Shown: piece by piece, positions 33,284 to 44,099 of the stretch
Layout of the letters: each line of letters opens with the position of its first letter
How positions within the stretch are numbered: position 1 is the first letter of the stretch
From: a virus
Reading direction: 5' to 3' (one strand)
DNA length: 64,000 nucleotides
Virus record (IMG/VR): IMGVR_UViG_3300028883_000036
Location: 1-64,000 of that record
Notes under the pieces: generated by a model
The model's database searches: none
What the model was told of the DNA's origin: nothing
What the model saw: only the letters and a program-made list of their open reading frames with translations
Program-made: the position numbers and the translations under genes

Positions 33284-34101
33284 TAAAATCCTTTACAATT
33301 ATCTCCATCTACAAACATACATCTTGCTTTAGCAAAATCAACTGAATAATCATATAAATGAAGCCCCTTTGAAGCACAAATCATTTCTCCTTGTTTTACA
33401 CCAATTTCATATGCCATATGCTCTTGTAACATACTAATTCCAGCAACATTAGCAGGAAATCCACTCCATAAATCCCAACTTCTAAAATAAGGATAGAAAT
33501 GAAGTTTTCCATCTTGAACTCTTGTATCAATATGTCTTAAACAGGGTGGATCTAAAAGAAGCATATCAGTAGGTTTAGCTACTTGTAAAACCATTTGGTT
33601 AGTTCTTGGATGTTCTCTATATACTTCTATAGCCAAATCTACTTGAGATAGAAATTTATCTTTATCATATACAATATCTTCAAGAACTTTACTACCTGAA
33701 AATTTTCTATATATTTTATTTTTTACTACCATATTATCTGAAATTTCTTTTGATACAGGTTCTTTATTTATTCTTTGTCCATATGTATATGATTCATCTT
33801 CACTTACATCAGCACCTAAAATATACCCTGCATAATTATTTAAATAATCATCTGAAACAGGAGCAGGAATATTCATATGTTCAGGAATTTTAGGTATTCT
33901 TGGAAGTCCTGTAACTTCATCTCTTATCCAAGGCATAGTAATTTGAGCCACTATAAAGTCAAATTCTTTTCTTACACTACCTGCAAATGATCCTTGATCA
34001 ATTTTGAAATCTCTACCATTTTCAATAATATTATATACCAATTGGAACCAACAATCATCCAAGGTTGTAGCTTTTATATTAACAATTTTTTGTTTATTCA
34101 T
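33283..34101 (-). CDS. thyA: thymidylate synthase-like (dUMP methylase or hydroxymethylase)
   Basis: YTYGQRI, PPCL, FRSWDLWSGFPAN, LHLY. Confidence 0.8.
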   Translation of the reverse strand: MNKQKIVNIKATTLDDCWFQLVYNIIENGRDFKIDQGSFAGSVRKEFDFIVAQITMPWIRDEVTGLPRIPKIPEHMNIPAPVSDDYLNNYAGYILGADVSEDESYTYGQRINKEPVSKEISDNMVVKNKIYRKFSGSKVLEDIVYDKDKFLSQVDLAIEVYREHPRTNQMVLQVAKPTDMLLLDPPCLRHIDTRVQDGKLHFYPYFRSWDLWSGFPANVAGISMLQEHMAYEIGVKQGEMICASKGLHLYDYSVDFAKARCMFVDGDNCKGF

Positions 34102-34102
34102 A

Positions 34103-34936
34103 TTAATCTCCTTGATTTAACATTTCTTTTATATAATCATTTAATTTTCTTTCAGCTTTAAAATCTATTCTATTTTCTGCTATACTTATATCAGCTACAG
34201 AACTATCTGTACCAATTATTCTACTATCTACAAATTTATAATGATCATTAAATTTTCTTTTTGGAAACATAGCTAATAAATCCATAATAGATGTTCCTAT
34301 GCCTGTTCCTATATCCATAGGTGATTTATCTTTTGGCTGAATCTCTATTATTTTCATAATAGCTTTACATACATCCCAAACATGAACAAAATCTCTTATT
34401 TGTTTACCATCTCCATGAATCAATAATGGTTCATCTTGTCTAAATTTAGTAATAAATTGTTTTACACAAGTTTGTTTTTTAGACAAATATTGATCACCAC
34501 CATAAACATTTGCTAGCCTTATAACATAATTCGAACCAAATTCTTGATTATAAGATTCTGCCATTTTCTCAACAGTCCATTTTATAGAGGCATATAGACT
34601 TGATTTAGGGTCTTTAGCAGCTTGAGAGGATGTAAATACAACTGGAATTTTATATTGGGTACATAGCTTGAAAATGTTTTGAGCACTCAATATATTGTCT
34701 CTTACGGCTTTTACAGGGTCATTTTCACATGCCGCTAACCCACTTAATGCAGCTAAATGAACAACAGCATTATATTTACTGACATTTTTTATATCTTGAG
34801 CTAATGGCCCAATACCACATTTAGATGAATTACTGTAATCACAAATATCAAAAATTACATCATTTCTATATCTGTTTACATAATTATATAAATTTGTTCC
34901 AATATAGCCAAATCCACCAGTTATCAATATTTTCAT
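34103..34936 (-). CDS. NAD-dependent sugar epimerase/dehydratase
   Basis: TGGFGYIG, HLAA, YASIK, RDFVHVWD. Confidence 0.9.
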   Translation of the reverse strand: MKILITGGFGYIGTNLYNYVNRYRNDVIFDICDYSNSSKCGIGPLAQDIKNVSKYNAVVHLAALSGLAACENDPVKAVRDNILSAQNIFKLCTQYKIPVVFTSSQAAKDPKSSLYASIKWTVEKMAESYNQEFGSNYVIRLANVYGGDQYLSKKQTCVKQFITKFRQDEPLLIHGDGKQIRDFVHVWDVCKAIMKIIEIQPKDKSPMDIGTGIGTSIMDLLAMFPKRKFNDHYKFVDSRIIGTDSSVADISIAENRIDFKAERKLNDYIKEMLNQGD

Positions 34937-35271
34937 TAATTTTTCTCCTTATCAGACCATTTAGGTTCATTCCATAAATGAATATGTTCCCTACCTACTG
35001 TTTTATTTTCTTTTGCATCAGGAACTTTATTCCAATCAATTTCTTCAATATCTTCATCTGCTGCTTCAGGATTATGTAAAAATATATATGCTTTATCATG
35101 TCTAATAAAATCATAATGTTCATCTTTAATCCAAATTCCTATTAGTCCTCTTATTAAAGTTTGAGAAGCACCAATATAAACAGGCAGAAGTTTATTATGT
35201 TTGTCTATTATATGAGTAGGATACCATGTTGATTGATAATCTACTTCATCATTTAAAATTAACCATGCCAT
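34936..35271 (-). CDS. hypothetical protein
   Basis: coupled ORF. Confidence 0.6.
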   Translation of the reverse strand: MAWLILNDEVDYQSTWYPTHIIDKHNKLLPVYIGASQTLIRGLIGIWIKDEHYDFIRHDKAYIFLHNPEAADEDIEEIDWNKVPDAKENKTVGREHIHLWNEPKWSDKEKN

Positions 35272-36003
35272 TTAACATCTCCCACAACCACCCATAGTAT
35301 AACCTTTCAACCAAGGATAAGATGAAATTATATCATTTACTACTTTTACTTGATTCTGATTCCATCTAATTTTTGCTCTTGTTATTCTTGGTTTTTTCCA
35401 TACTGTTTCTCTAACATAATCTCTCCATTGAGGATCAAATGAAATTTCTAAAAAGTTAGATATTTCTTCAAGAGTATTATGCATTTTAGTAATAACATCT
35501 TCATGTTTTACTGTCAATATGTCTTCTGATTTTTTAAGTTTATCTATGGTTTGATTTAATTTTTTATATTTCTCTATTACAATATTTAATTCTTTTTTTA
35601 TAGTATTTTTTTCATTATTTTTATTCTGATAATTTAATCTTGCCCAAGTAGCAAGATTATCAAATGGATTTCTTACAACTAGTATCCATTTTAGGGGAAC
35701 TCCTACTTGAGATTTAATTATACCCAATCTTTGAGGATTATTACTTAATATTTCTGTAGTTCGATGCCCTGTTTTATCTCCAATTATAGTAATTTCTTGT
35801 TTTGGAACATGTTTTATTTGAGTAGTACTTTTCCAAGTATGAGGTTTTAAACTATATGATTTTATATAATCTAACGATATTTTTTTTTGAGAAAAAATAT
35901 TTAGTTGATTAGATACCATACAATTTGGATTTGCATTTAAAATAGCAGCAACTAAAGTATGTCCTGATCTTGGAAATCCACAAAAACAAAGAAAATATTT
36001 CAT
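35272..36003 (-). CDS. sulfotransferase
   Basis: GFPRSGHT PAPS-binding motif, GDK, VRNPFD. Confidence 0.8.
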   Translation of the reverse strand: MKYFLCFCGFPRSGHTLVAAILNANPNCMVSNQLNIFSQKKISLDYIKSYSLKPHTWKSTTQIKHVPKQEITIIGDKTGHRTTEILSNNPQRLGIIKSQVGVPLKWILVVRNPFDNLATWARLNYQNKNNEKNTIKKELNIVIEKYKKLNQTIDKLKKSEDILTVKHEDVITKMHNTLEEISNFLEISFDPQWRDYVRETVWKKPRITRAKIRWNQNQVKVVNDIISSYPWLKGYTMGGCGRC

Positions 36004-36296
36004 AACACCTCATCTTTATGATATTGTCTGGACATTGGTTTAAGCATCTCCCACATATATCTTTTTCTTCTATCTAAAATAAATGCTTTTTCTATTCCAT
36101 GATGTATATTAACACCCTGATTTTTTTTATATTTAGCACTTCTTCTAGTCCTAAGAATATAATATTTATGTAATAACCATTCCTTTTTAGCTTTATAATA
36201 CATTGATTTAAAATCTTTTCTTTTATCTAATAAATTAAATAATTTATTTGAAATAAAATCAAATATAAATATGATATCATATTTATCCATAATCAA
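36000..36296 (-). CDS. hypothetical protein
   Basis: ORF in run. Confidence 0.5.
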   Translation of the reverse strand: MIMDKYDIIFIFDFISNKLFNLLDKRKDFKSMYYKAKKEWLLHKYYILRTRRSAKYKKNQGVNIHHGIEKAFILDRRKRYMWEMLKPMSRQYHKDEVL

Positions 36297-36411
36297 TTCT
36301 CCTATTTTTTAATATCTCTTATTTTTTCAATAATTATCATATATGAAACAAAAACAGCTATAAATAATCCAAACAAAGTTCCCCCAATAAATACAAGAAA
36401 CCAAAACATTT

Positions 36412-36843
36412 TTACATTTTTCCTTCTTTGTTTCTTTTACTAGTTTCAGCAATAGATAAAACTTTATATATATTTTGGCTTGCATATGGCAAGAAAAGTT
36501 TAATATATTTATTCATATAAATTAAATAAACATCTTTTCCTGCTTTCAATCCTTCTTCAAGTTCTTCATGGACTCCTGCTCCAATAACACCATCTGTATA
36601 TGTAACACCAACAATAATATCACATGATCTTGCTATTTCTCTGAAGATTTCAAATGGATTTTTATCTCCTGCTTTTTTTCTTTCCATATATAAATCACTT
36701 AACCATTTCTGATTAGGATTCATAATTTCAATATCTTCATCTGCATCTATCATTATACCAATTATAACAATACAATCCATCTCAATATCTTCATTATAAT
36801 GAACCTTGGGATGTGAAAAATATATAGTTTTTATATCATCCAT
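36412..36843 (-). CDS. nucleoside deoxyribosyltransferase-like fold protein
   Basis: IYFSHP...CDII...IGAGV.EE...GK.VY. Confidence 0.55.
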   Translation of the reverse strand: MDDIKTIYFSHPKVHYNEDIEMDCIVIIGIMIDADEDIEIMNPNQKWLSDLYMERKKAGDKNPFEIFREIARSCDIIVGVTYTDGVIGAGVHEELEEGLKAGKDVYLIYMNKYIKLFLPYASQNIYKVLSIAETSKRNKEGKM

Positions 36844-37535
36844 TGAAATTTAGTCTCCTTAAATTCTTTTTTAATTTTCTCTATATTTGGAAGATAAACA
36901 GAAATATCATCCTTATTCTTCTTTTTTGTTTTAGCATACATTTTTATCTGTTTTACTTTAAAAAAATCACATACAGCTATATTTGCATTATTAGACAAAT
37001 ATGTTTTTTCTCCATCTACTTCACCTATAATATCTTCATAAAATAAAGTTAATTTTATATTTCCTTTTAGTTCTTTTTTCCAGTATTCATTAAATCTATG
37101 AGCTTCTTTTACCATATTAAATAATCGTTTTGGTTCTATAATAACAGGATTATGTTTAGTAGTTGCAGCAGTTAATCCTGAAATAATTTGTTTAACAAGA
37201 TTTTTTCTCATCAAATGAATCATTGGAATACTTTTACCTTTTATATATTCCATAAGTCCTTGATGATATGTTATTTGATTGTACATAATCTTAAAAATAG
37301 TATTTTTATTAGGATATGTCTTGTAAATAACATTCTCTATGTATTCTTTTGGTGTATTAAGATCACTTCTAAGATATGGAACAAAACCTGATTTTCTCAT
37401 TCCTGGTTTTCTTGCCATATTAACAAATACTTCATCTATCCCCATTATATCAGGATGAGAATTAATTGCATTTTGTAAAAATGTAGATCCTACTCTTTTA
37501 TTGGATAGCTGGATAGCTCTTATATATTTTTCCAT
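36831..37535 (-). CDS. Stf0-like sulfotransferase
   Basis: RVGSTFL...NSHPDI...E, FKIMY.Q, IHLMRKN...S, YED. Confidence 0.75.
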   Translation of the reverse strand: MEKYIRAIQLSNKRVGSTFLQNAINSHPDIMGIDEVFVNMARKPGMRKSGFVPYLRSDLNTPKEYIENVIYKTYPNKNTIFKIMYNQITYHQGLMEYIKGKSIPMIHLMRKNLVKQIISGLTAATTKHNPVIIEPKRLFNMVKEAHRFNEYWKKELKGNIKLTLFYEDIIGEVDGEKTYLSNNANIAVCDFFKVKQIKMYAKTKKKNKDDISVYLPNIEKIKKEFKETKFQWMI

Positions 37536-37556
37536 GTTTCTCCTTATTTTTTTCAT

Positions 37557-38120
37557 TCATATATCAACTTCCTCAACTTTATATATATTATGTAACCAAT
37601 TTACAATCTTTTCCCATGATATGAAATGCTCTTTATGACATAAATAAGAAGGATCAATTATTTTTCTAACATTATCTTTTTGATTTTCATTAATAATCCA
37701 ATTATCAAATGATTTTCTGCTTACTCCTATTATTTTTTTAGTTTTTTGAGATATCAAAAGTACAACATGGGGTTTTTCTTCTCTTATTTTCCACGAACTA
37801 ACAGTAGATACTATTGCAGTATCAAATGGATAATCAGAAGGACAAGTGAAATTAAGATTTCTTGATTTTACCTCAAATAATATTGGTTTTTTATTAAAAA
37901 TTCCAACCAATAAATCTTTTTGATCTTTGAATTTATGTCTATCATTTATATTTCTTCTTTTTATTGAATCCCTTTTAGGACTACATTTAACTGCAAATCC
38001 TTCATTCATTAATAAAAGACCTATATATAATTCATACTGCCTACCTTTATGTAGTTCATTGAAAAATAGTTCATCATTTTCAAACCAATTAACATCTATT
38101 TCTAAGTTGGGTTTCTTCAT
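37557..38120 (-). CDS. PD-(D/E)xK nuclease-like protein
   Basis: G..YE...DLLV...FEVKSR. Confidence 0.55.
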   Translation of the reverse strand: MKKPNLEIDVNWFENDELFFNELHKGRQYELYIGLLLMNEGFAVKCSPKRDSIKRRNINDRHKFKDQKDLLVGIFNKKPILFEVKSRNLNFTCPSDYPFDTAIVSTVSSWKIREEKPHVVLLISQKTKKIIGVSRKSFDNWIINENQKDNVRKIIDPSYLCHKEHFISWEKIVNWLHNIYKVEEVDI

Positions 38121-38123
38121 TAA

Positions 38124-38879
38124 TTAGAATTTCCTAAACAATATATCTTTTTTCTTCTTGAACTCTATATCTGTTTCTTCACTTTCAATTTCTTCTGTAT
38201 TTTTTTCTTCATCAGTTTTCTTTAAAAATAATACCCACTCGTTTTTATATCCAGTATCTAAATAGTCATTATAAATTACTTCAAAAGGACCAACTGTATG
38301 TTGAGCATAATCAACAAAGTTATGGAAAAGTTGTGGTGAATCAATATAACTAAAATGCTTTCTTTTATTACCTGGAACTTGATTCAAACAAATCATATAT
38401 TTACTTGTTACTCTTACCATTTCTTCTAACCCTTTTGCATAATCAGGTAAAAGACCATGTAAATGATGAGAAAATACAAAATCAAATGAATTATCATCAA
38501 ATTCCATATCACAAGCATTTCCATATCTTACTGGTCTTCCTTTTTCAATAGCATATTTCACATAAGGTTCAGAATATTCTAATCCAACAGACATAATATT
38601 ACGCATTCTTAGCCATTCAGGAAACTGAGCATCTTTAGTACCTACGTCAAGAATTGCCCAATCAAACAAATCTTTTTCATCTATAAAAGCAGTTTCTATT
38701 GCCCAATTCCATAACCATTTACATCTATCAATACTAGGCCAATCCTGTAAAGGATCACAATCTAAAAATTCTTTTCTATATGTTGTATCATATTCAAGTT
38801 TTTTCTTTATCTGAACACCTATTTTTTCTGTTGGTGCATCATAAAGAGATTTATCTGTTTTCCATCTTTGTTGTGCCAT
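38124..38879 (-). CDS. class I SAM-dependent methyltransferase
   Basis: ILDVG, GLE, GNACDMEFDDNSFDFV, EMVRV. Confidence 0.85.
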   Translation of the reverse strand: MAQQRWKTDKSLYDAPTEKIGVQIKKKLEYDTTYRKEFLDCDPLQDWPSIDRCKWLWNWAIETAFIDEKDLFDWAILDVGTKDAQFPEWLRMRNIMSVGLEYSEPYVKYAIEKGRPVRYGNACDMEFDDNSFDFVFSHHLHGLLPDYAKGLEEMVRVTSKYMICLNQVPGNKRKHFSYIDSPQLFHNFVDYAQHTVGPFEVIYNDYLDTGYKNEWVLFLKKTDEEKNTEEIESEETDIEFKKKKDILFRKF

Positions 38880-38882
38880 AAT

Positions 38883-39179
38883 TTAAACTCCTTCTAATTT
38901 TTTAATAGAATTACTTACAACTTCATCTATTTCATCTAAATTAATTTCTTGTAAGTATTTTCCATATCCCATACCTTTAACTGCTCCCATAGTTTTTATA
39001 TCAGAATCTAATTGTCTATGATATAATCCATCTACAATGATATCCAATTCATTATGTATTTCTTTAATTTTATCTATATCTATATCTTTTATAGTAATTG
39101 TTAGAAATGGGCCTACTGATGAGAAATCACCAGTATTGAAAGTGAATTTTTTTCCTAATGTTATATCACATTTTAACAT
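38883..39179 (-). CDS. hypothetical protein
   Basis: AAGGAG RBS. Confidence 0.6.
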   Translation of the reverse strand: MLKCDITLGKKFTFNTGDFSSVGPFLTITIKDIDIDKIKEIHNELDIIVDGLYHRQLDSDIKTMGAVKGMGYGKYLQEINLDEIDEVVSNSIKKLEGV

Positions 39180-39188
39180 ATTATCTCC

Positions 39189-39680
39189 TTATATATTCAT
39201 TTCTCTTTTTGAAATGAAACCTTCTCTAATAGGAACATTTATTTCTTCTTTGTCTTTTTTTTCAAGACTCCAACCACAATCATTATTTATTCTTGATTCT
39301 GCTTTTCTATCTACTAAATCAAAATCAAAATCATCTCTACTAATTTTACTAAATACTGCTTTAGCTTGATTCAATTGTGATTCTAATATTTTTATTTGAG
39401 TTCTTTTTCTTGCTATAAAGTTTCTTCTAGCTGCTTCTTTAGATGTGTATGCAAATGAATTAAATGAATGTTTTTTTACCCATTTTTTAGTTCTCTCTTT
39501 ATATTCTATTGGATTAAATGCAAATAAATAATCCCAAATTCTAGATATCCAATATCCCTTTGGGGTTTCTCTTAAAACCTCATATTTTTCAAGATCTATA
39601 TGAACTTGACCACCATGATAATAAGTATCTCTATATCTATAAAGTTCCATAATAAAAAACACTATAACATATTCAGTCAA
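39189..39680 (-). CDS. hypothetical phage protein
   Basis: VLRETPKGYWI...FAY...A...F..R. Confidence 0.6.
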   Translation of the reverse strand: MTEYVIVFFIMELYRYRDTYYHGGQVHIDLEKYEVLRETPKGYWISRIWDYLFAFNPIEYKERTKKWVKKHSFNSFAYTSKEAARRNFIARKRTQIKILESQLNQAKAVFSKISRDDFDFDLVDRKAESRINNDCGWSLEKKDKEEINVPIREGFISKREMNI

Positions 39681-39699
39681 AAATGTAATTGATTTTTTT

Positions 39700-40425
39700 T
39701 TATTTTTTTAAATTTTTTACTCTATCTTTTATTTCAGATGGTCCATATTTTTTTGTATATGATTTTATTTTATCGGGTATATTCAAAAAATTGCTTATAT
39801 TTTTAGTATTTATTATTTCAGCATTTACATCATTTGTCATATCTTCATATGATAATTTTATAGAATTAGAAAATAATGATTCAATCTCTTTATCTTTATT
39901 CTTATTATTTATTATTTTTTGATCTATCTGCTTTATTTGATTTTCTCCTAATTCCATCTTTTTCTTACCATCATGTTTATGCATAAATTGATTAGTATAA
40001 GCTGATATGATTTGCTTTTCTCTATCTTCTCTATATAAATGAACAACTTTTATTTTTCTGTCATTTATATAATTAACTACTTGTGGTAATCGTTTAATAT
40101 GAGGATGTAACAATTTAAATCCTACTATACCATCTTCTTCATAAATACCATCAAGATATTCATATATATCTTTTTTGGTTATATTTTTTAAAGGATATTC
40201 TGTTCCTGTAAAGTTATATTTTTTTGAAAGAAAATTATATAAATTTTTAGGTCTATTCTTTTGTCGAAAATCTTCTATTGATTTCTGTGGATGAGTTTTT
40301 ATAATCATATGATTCATTTTATTTGTTAAAATTTCACCATAAACATTAAATCCATCCAAATTATTTAATGCTATACATAACATTGTAGTTCCTGTTCTAG
40401 GTAAACTTACTATTACAAAATTCAT
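39700..40425 (-). CDS. Stf0-like sulfotransferase
   Basis: PRTGTTML, GE, GFKL, HLYRE...S, YED. Confidence 0.75.
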   Translation of the reverse strand: MNFVIVSLPRTGTTMLCIALNNLDGFNVYGEILTNKMNHMIIKTHPQKSIEDFRQKNRPKNLYNFLSKKYNFTGTEYPLKNITKKDIYEYLDGIYEEDGIVGFKLLHPHIKRLPQVVNYINDRKIKVVHLYREDREKQIISAYTNQFMHKHDGKKKMELGENQIKQIDQKIINNKNKDKEIESLFSNSIKLSYEDMTNDVNAEIINTKNISNFLNIPDKIKSYTKKYGPSEIKDRVKNLKK

Positions 40426-41615
40426 ATTTTAATTTTCCCCTTATAATCTACTTGCTTATTCTGATTCCATACAGAAGTACATATGATTTTAGACATAATA
40501 ACATTTTTTCTGTATTTATAAGCTACTTCTATAACTTCATCCATTAATCTATCATCTAAATATATAGGTGTAAGACCTAAATTGATTAAACTATCATTAT
40601 GAAATTTAAGATCATTCTTAGAGTCTTCATTTCTTGGATTTTCATAATACCTAATTTCTGCTTTTGTTATTTTATTAATCTTTTTAGCAAGATCATTAAT
40701 ATTTAAACATTCTGTAGTTTGATTAAATATTCTTACTCTATCACCACTTTCAGGTGGATTATCAACAGCTAAATTAATACATTCTACACTATTCTGAATA
40801 TGAATAAATGCCCTTGTTTGTCCACCTGATCCATATACTGTTAATGGATGCCCTACCTGACTCTGCATAAGTAGCCTATTCAATACTGTACCATAATCAC
40901 CATCATAATCAAATCTATTAATAAGCATATCATCAAGTTTAGTTTCATATGTTTGTGTACCCCATACAATACCTTGATGTAAATCAGTAATTCTTACATT
41001 ATCATTCTTATTAAAATATAAAAAAGATATAGCATCAGTACATTTTGTCATATGATAAATCGAACCAGGATTAGGTGGATACATAATTTCAATTTCTTTT
41101 TCTTCTCCATCAACATCTACTTTAACAGGTAAATAACCTTCAGGAATTTTCATACCAACATCACTGTATCCATAATAACCAGTAGTGCCTAAATGAACCA
41201 AGTGTATGTCTATTCCAGATTCTACTATAGCACATAAAACATTATTAGTTGCCATTGTATTATTTTGAATTGTATATCTTTTATGATAAGAAGATTTCAT
41301 AGAAAAAGGTGCTGCTCTTTGTTCAGCTAAATGAATAATCGTATGTGGTTTATATTCTTTAATTAATGTAAGAAGTCTATGATAATTATCTGATATATCG
41401 AAATTAAAATAAAGTATTTTTTTACCACTAATGTCTTCCCATGCTTTAATTCTTTTGCCTATAGGTTGTATTGGTGTAAGTGAACCACATTCAAGTTCAA
41501 TATCAGTATTTCTTCTCGCTAAATTATCTACTATAGCTACATCATGTCCATATCCTGACAGTCTCAAAACAGTCGGCCATCCAATAAAACCATCTCCACC
41601 TAATACTAGTATCAT
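40422..41615 (-). CDS. sqdB: UDP-sulfoquinovose synthase (SqdB/SQD1/Agl3)
   Basis: GGDGFIGWPT, AEQRAAPFSM, HLVHLGT.G.YG, PGSIYHMTK, TDLHQGIVWG, RFDYDGDYGTVLNR. Confidence 0.92.
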   Translation of the reverse strand: MILVLGGDGFIGWPTVLRLSGYGHDVAIVDNLARRNTDIELECGSLTPIQPIGKRIKAWEDISGKKILYFNFDISDNYHRLLTLIKEYKPHTIIHLAEQRAAPFSMKSSYHKRYTIQNNTMATNNVLCAIVESGIDIHLVHLGTTGYYGYSDVGMKIPEGYLPVKVDVDGEEKEIEIMYPPNPGSIYHMTKCTDAISFLYFNKNDNVRITDLHQGIVWGTQTYETKLDDMLINRFDYDGDYGTVLNRLLMQSQVGHPLTVYGSGGQTRAFIHIQNSVECINLAVDNPPESGDRVRIFNQTTECLNINDLAKKINKITKAEIRYYENPRNEDSKNDLKFHNDSLINLGLTPIYLDDRLMDEVIEVAYKYRKNVIMSKIICTSVWNQNKQVDYKGKIKI

Positions 41616-41642
41616 TATTTCACCTTTTTCAAAGTTTTCTCT

Positions 41643-42191
41643 CTAATTACCATGTTTTTTTATAAATTCATCTATTTTATCACTACTTAACAATAAAACA
41701 TTATCTCTTATTTTATTCTCACTCCAATTCCACCATTTTATTTGCAATAAAGATTTTATTTGATTATCATTGAATCTCTTTTTAATAATTTTTGCTGGAT
41801 TCCCACCAACAATCGTATACGGTAAAACATCTTTTGAAATTAAAGATTTTGCTCCTATAACAGCACCATCATGTATAGTAACACCAGATAATATCATAAC
41901 ATCTCTACCTATCCATACATCATTTCCAATTATAACATCACCTTTAGTTTTCGGATGCCCTTTTATTTTTTTACATTCATTCCATCCTTTAGATTTATTT
42001 TTGAATTTTCTAAATGGAAATGTTGATACCCAATTTACGTTATGTTCTCCATTTAAAATAATCTTACATCCTCTTGCTATAGAACTATAATTACCTACTA
42101 TAACTTTTTTATCAGTATATGACCATGTTAATATTTCAGGATTACCATAACTATTTATACCTTTTTTTATATATTCATCCATATATACCAA
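41643..42191 (-). CDS. CatB/Vat-like hexapeptide acetyltransferase
   Basis: STFPF, IGNDVWIG, KDV.PY.IVGGNPAK, WWNW. Confidence 0.9.
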   Translation of the reverse strand: MVYMDEYIKKGINSYGNPEILTWSYTDKKVIVGNYSSIARGCKIILNGEHNVNWVSTFPFRKFKNKSKGWNECKKIKGHPKTKGDVIIGNDVWIGRDVMILSGVTIHDGAVIGAKSLISKDVLPYTIVGGNPAKIIKKRFNDNQIKSLLQIKWWNWSENKIRDNVLLLSSDKIDEFIKKHGN

Positions 42192-42703
42192 ACTCCATTA
42201 TACCCTTTTTTTACATTTGGTATTAATTCATCTACCGCTTTTGTTACTTCAATATCTGAATATTTATTTCTACCATAATCATGACCAGATAAAAGACCAC
42301 CTTTTTTAACTTTAGGACTCCAATTTATTATATCTTGCTTTGCATACTCATATGAATGATTAGCATCAATAAAAATAAAATCAAGATATCTATCAGGAAT
42401 AATCTTTAATGCTTCCTCACTCATACTTCTAATAATAGTAATTCTATCTTCAAATTTTTTCATTCTTTTTTTGAAATTTTTGAATATATTTTCATAATCT
42501 GCTTTAATGAAATTATTACTTTGTAAAGATTTTTTATAATCATCATACATAATCCAAGGATCTACACAATATAGCATTTCAATTGAAGGTAAAAGTTCAA
42601 ATATATTATATGTGAAATCACCTTTCCAAACACCTATTTCAGCCCCAATCTTATGATTATTATCTTTCAATAATTCAGCTAAACAATCCCATCTTTTCTT
42701 CAT
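42167..42703 (-). CDS. SAM methyltransferase (Methyltransf_24-like)
   Basis: EIGVWKG, VDPW, FIDANHSYE, GGLLSGHDY. Confidence 0.85.
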   Translation of the reverse strand: MKKRWDCLAELLKDNNHKIGAEIGVWKGDFTYNIFELLPSIEMLYCVDPWIMYDDYKKSLQSNNFIKADYENIFKNFKKRMKKFEDRITIIRSMSEEALKIIPDRYLDFIFIDANHSYEYAKQDIINWSPKVKKGGLLSGHDYGRNKYSDIEVTKAVDELIPNVKKGYNGVWYIWMNI

Positions 42704-43482
42704 TTATTAAAATCCTTTTCAAAAAGTTCTATTGTCTTTGTTTTCCCTCTACTATGATTTCCAGACCATATCAAAAGATCATCTTTTAAATGTGAACTTA
42801 CATATTTTTCTTTTATCTCTCCCCATTTTATATTTTGATCTTTTAGTTCATTATATGCATAATAACAAGATGATTGTCCATATCCTCTTGGTTTATTTTT
42901 CAATGGTATTCTATCAATTACTTCTTTCCATTTGTTCATAAACATTTTACTCTTGGAATTTATTGCATATCCTGATAATGTACCAAATATTTTCTTTACA
43001 TCTTTTTTTCTATACAATCTAAATATCAATGATACATCATTATTCTCTATAATATCAAACAACGGATATAAAGGTTTTCTAATATAACTATCAGCATCAA
43101 TATGCATCATATGTTTTTCTCCATGATTATACTCCATTGCTTCCATTATAGAATTTCTATATCTATCTTCAACAGATATAAATTGCTTCCATAAAACATT
43201 TTCTTTAGCACCATGAACTTTATAAAATTCTATTTCTTTCTTTAATTTTTTTAATTTACCAACAGAAAAGCCAGATTTTTTACTCAAATTTGACATATCT
43301 ATATTTTTATTTAACACTATAAGATTTTTATATATTTTTTCTAAATTAGATATATTCCTATCATTTAAATCTCTAGTTGTAGCTATAATTGTATCTTTCT
43401 CTCCATGTATTTTCTTAAAAGATTCAATAAAAAGTTTACCAAATCCATAAAAACCATCTGTAAAATATGTATGAATTAACAT
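42700..43482 (-). CDS. putative GT-A fold glycosyltransferase
   Basis: HIDADS DxD motif; context. Confidence 0.55.
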   Translation of the reverse strand: MLIHTYFTDGFYGFGKLFIESFKKIHGEKDTIIATTRDLNDRNISNLEKIYKNLIVLNKNIDMSNLSKKSGFSVGKLKKLKKEIEFYKVHGAKENVLWKQFISVEDRYRNSIMEAMEYNHGEKHMMHIDADSYIRKPLYPLFDIIENNDVSLIFRLYRKKDVKKIFGTLSGYAINSKSKMFMNKWKEVIDRIPLKNKPRGYGQSSCYYAYNELKDQNIKWGEIKEKYVSSHLKDDLLIWSGNHSRGKTKTIELFEKDFNK

Positions 43483-44099
43483 GCAAACCTACTTGGATAT
43501 TTTTCAATCATTTTATTACAAAATTTAATATCATTATCACTCATATGATTTTTATAGTCTCCTATAATTCCCTTTCGTTTTTTATCATTTCTCATTTTTT
43601 CAAACGAATTTTTACTTATTGCTTCTTTTATGATATCATAATCAATTAAAAAACTTATATTTTCACATATATTTTTTATTGATCCAAAAGTATCTTTAAG
43701 TAATTCTTCATAACTGATTATTTGAACATTATTATTATCTATATATTCTTCCCACACTTGATAATATTTCAAAAGATATTCTATACCATATATGCTTTTT
43801 ATAAATGTAGAAATATTTTTTGTAGTAGAATAATCAATTTTACTTTTATTACATTTATCTCTAACTTGATAATAAAAACTAATCATTACATCTTTTGGTT
43901 CTCTATATAAAAAAAGTTTATTTAACTTTCTTCTATTTTTAAAAAATTCTTCTGGTAATAAAATTTCATTATCAAATTTTCTTCTTATAGCAGCAGATCC
44001 AACATGTGACATTCTAACATCATCAATACCAATATCTGTAAAAATATTTTTTAACCAATTTCTGCCACATTTAGGATGCTCTATTATTAAAATATTCAT
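43476..44099 (-). CDS. sulfotransferase
   Basis: PKCGRNW, REPKDVMIS.Y, YEEL, RKGIIGDYKN. Confidence 0.85.
   Translation of the reverse strand: MNILIIEHPKCGRNWLKNIFTDIGIDDVRMSHVGSAAIRRKFDNEILLPEEFFKNRRKLNKLFLYREPKDVMISFYYQVRDKCNKSKIDYSTTKNISTFIKSIYGIEYLLKYYQVWEEYIDNNNVQIISYEELLKDTFGSIKNICENISFLIDYDIIKEAISKNSFEKMRNDKKRKGIIGDYKNHMSDNDIKFCNKMIEKYPSRFAC

Noticed and set aside
41643-42191. Antibiotic-resistance genes (cat/vat)
   Set aside because: Hexapeptide acetyltransferases inside a glycan cluster are more plausibly sugar O-acetyltransferases.
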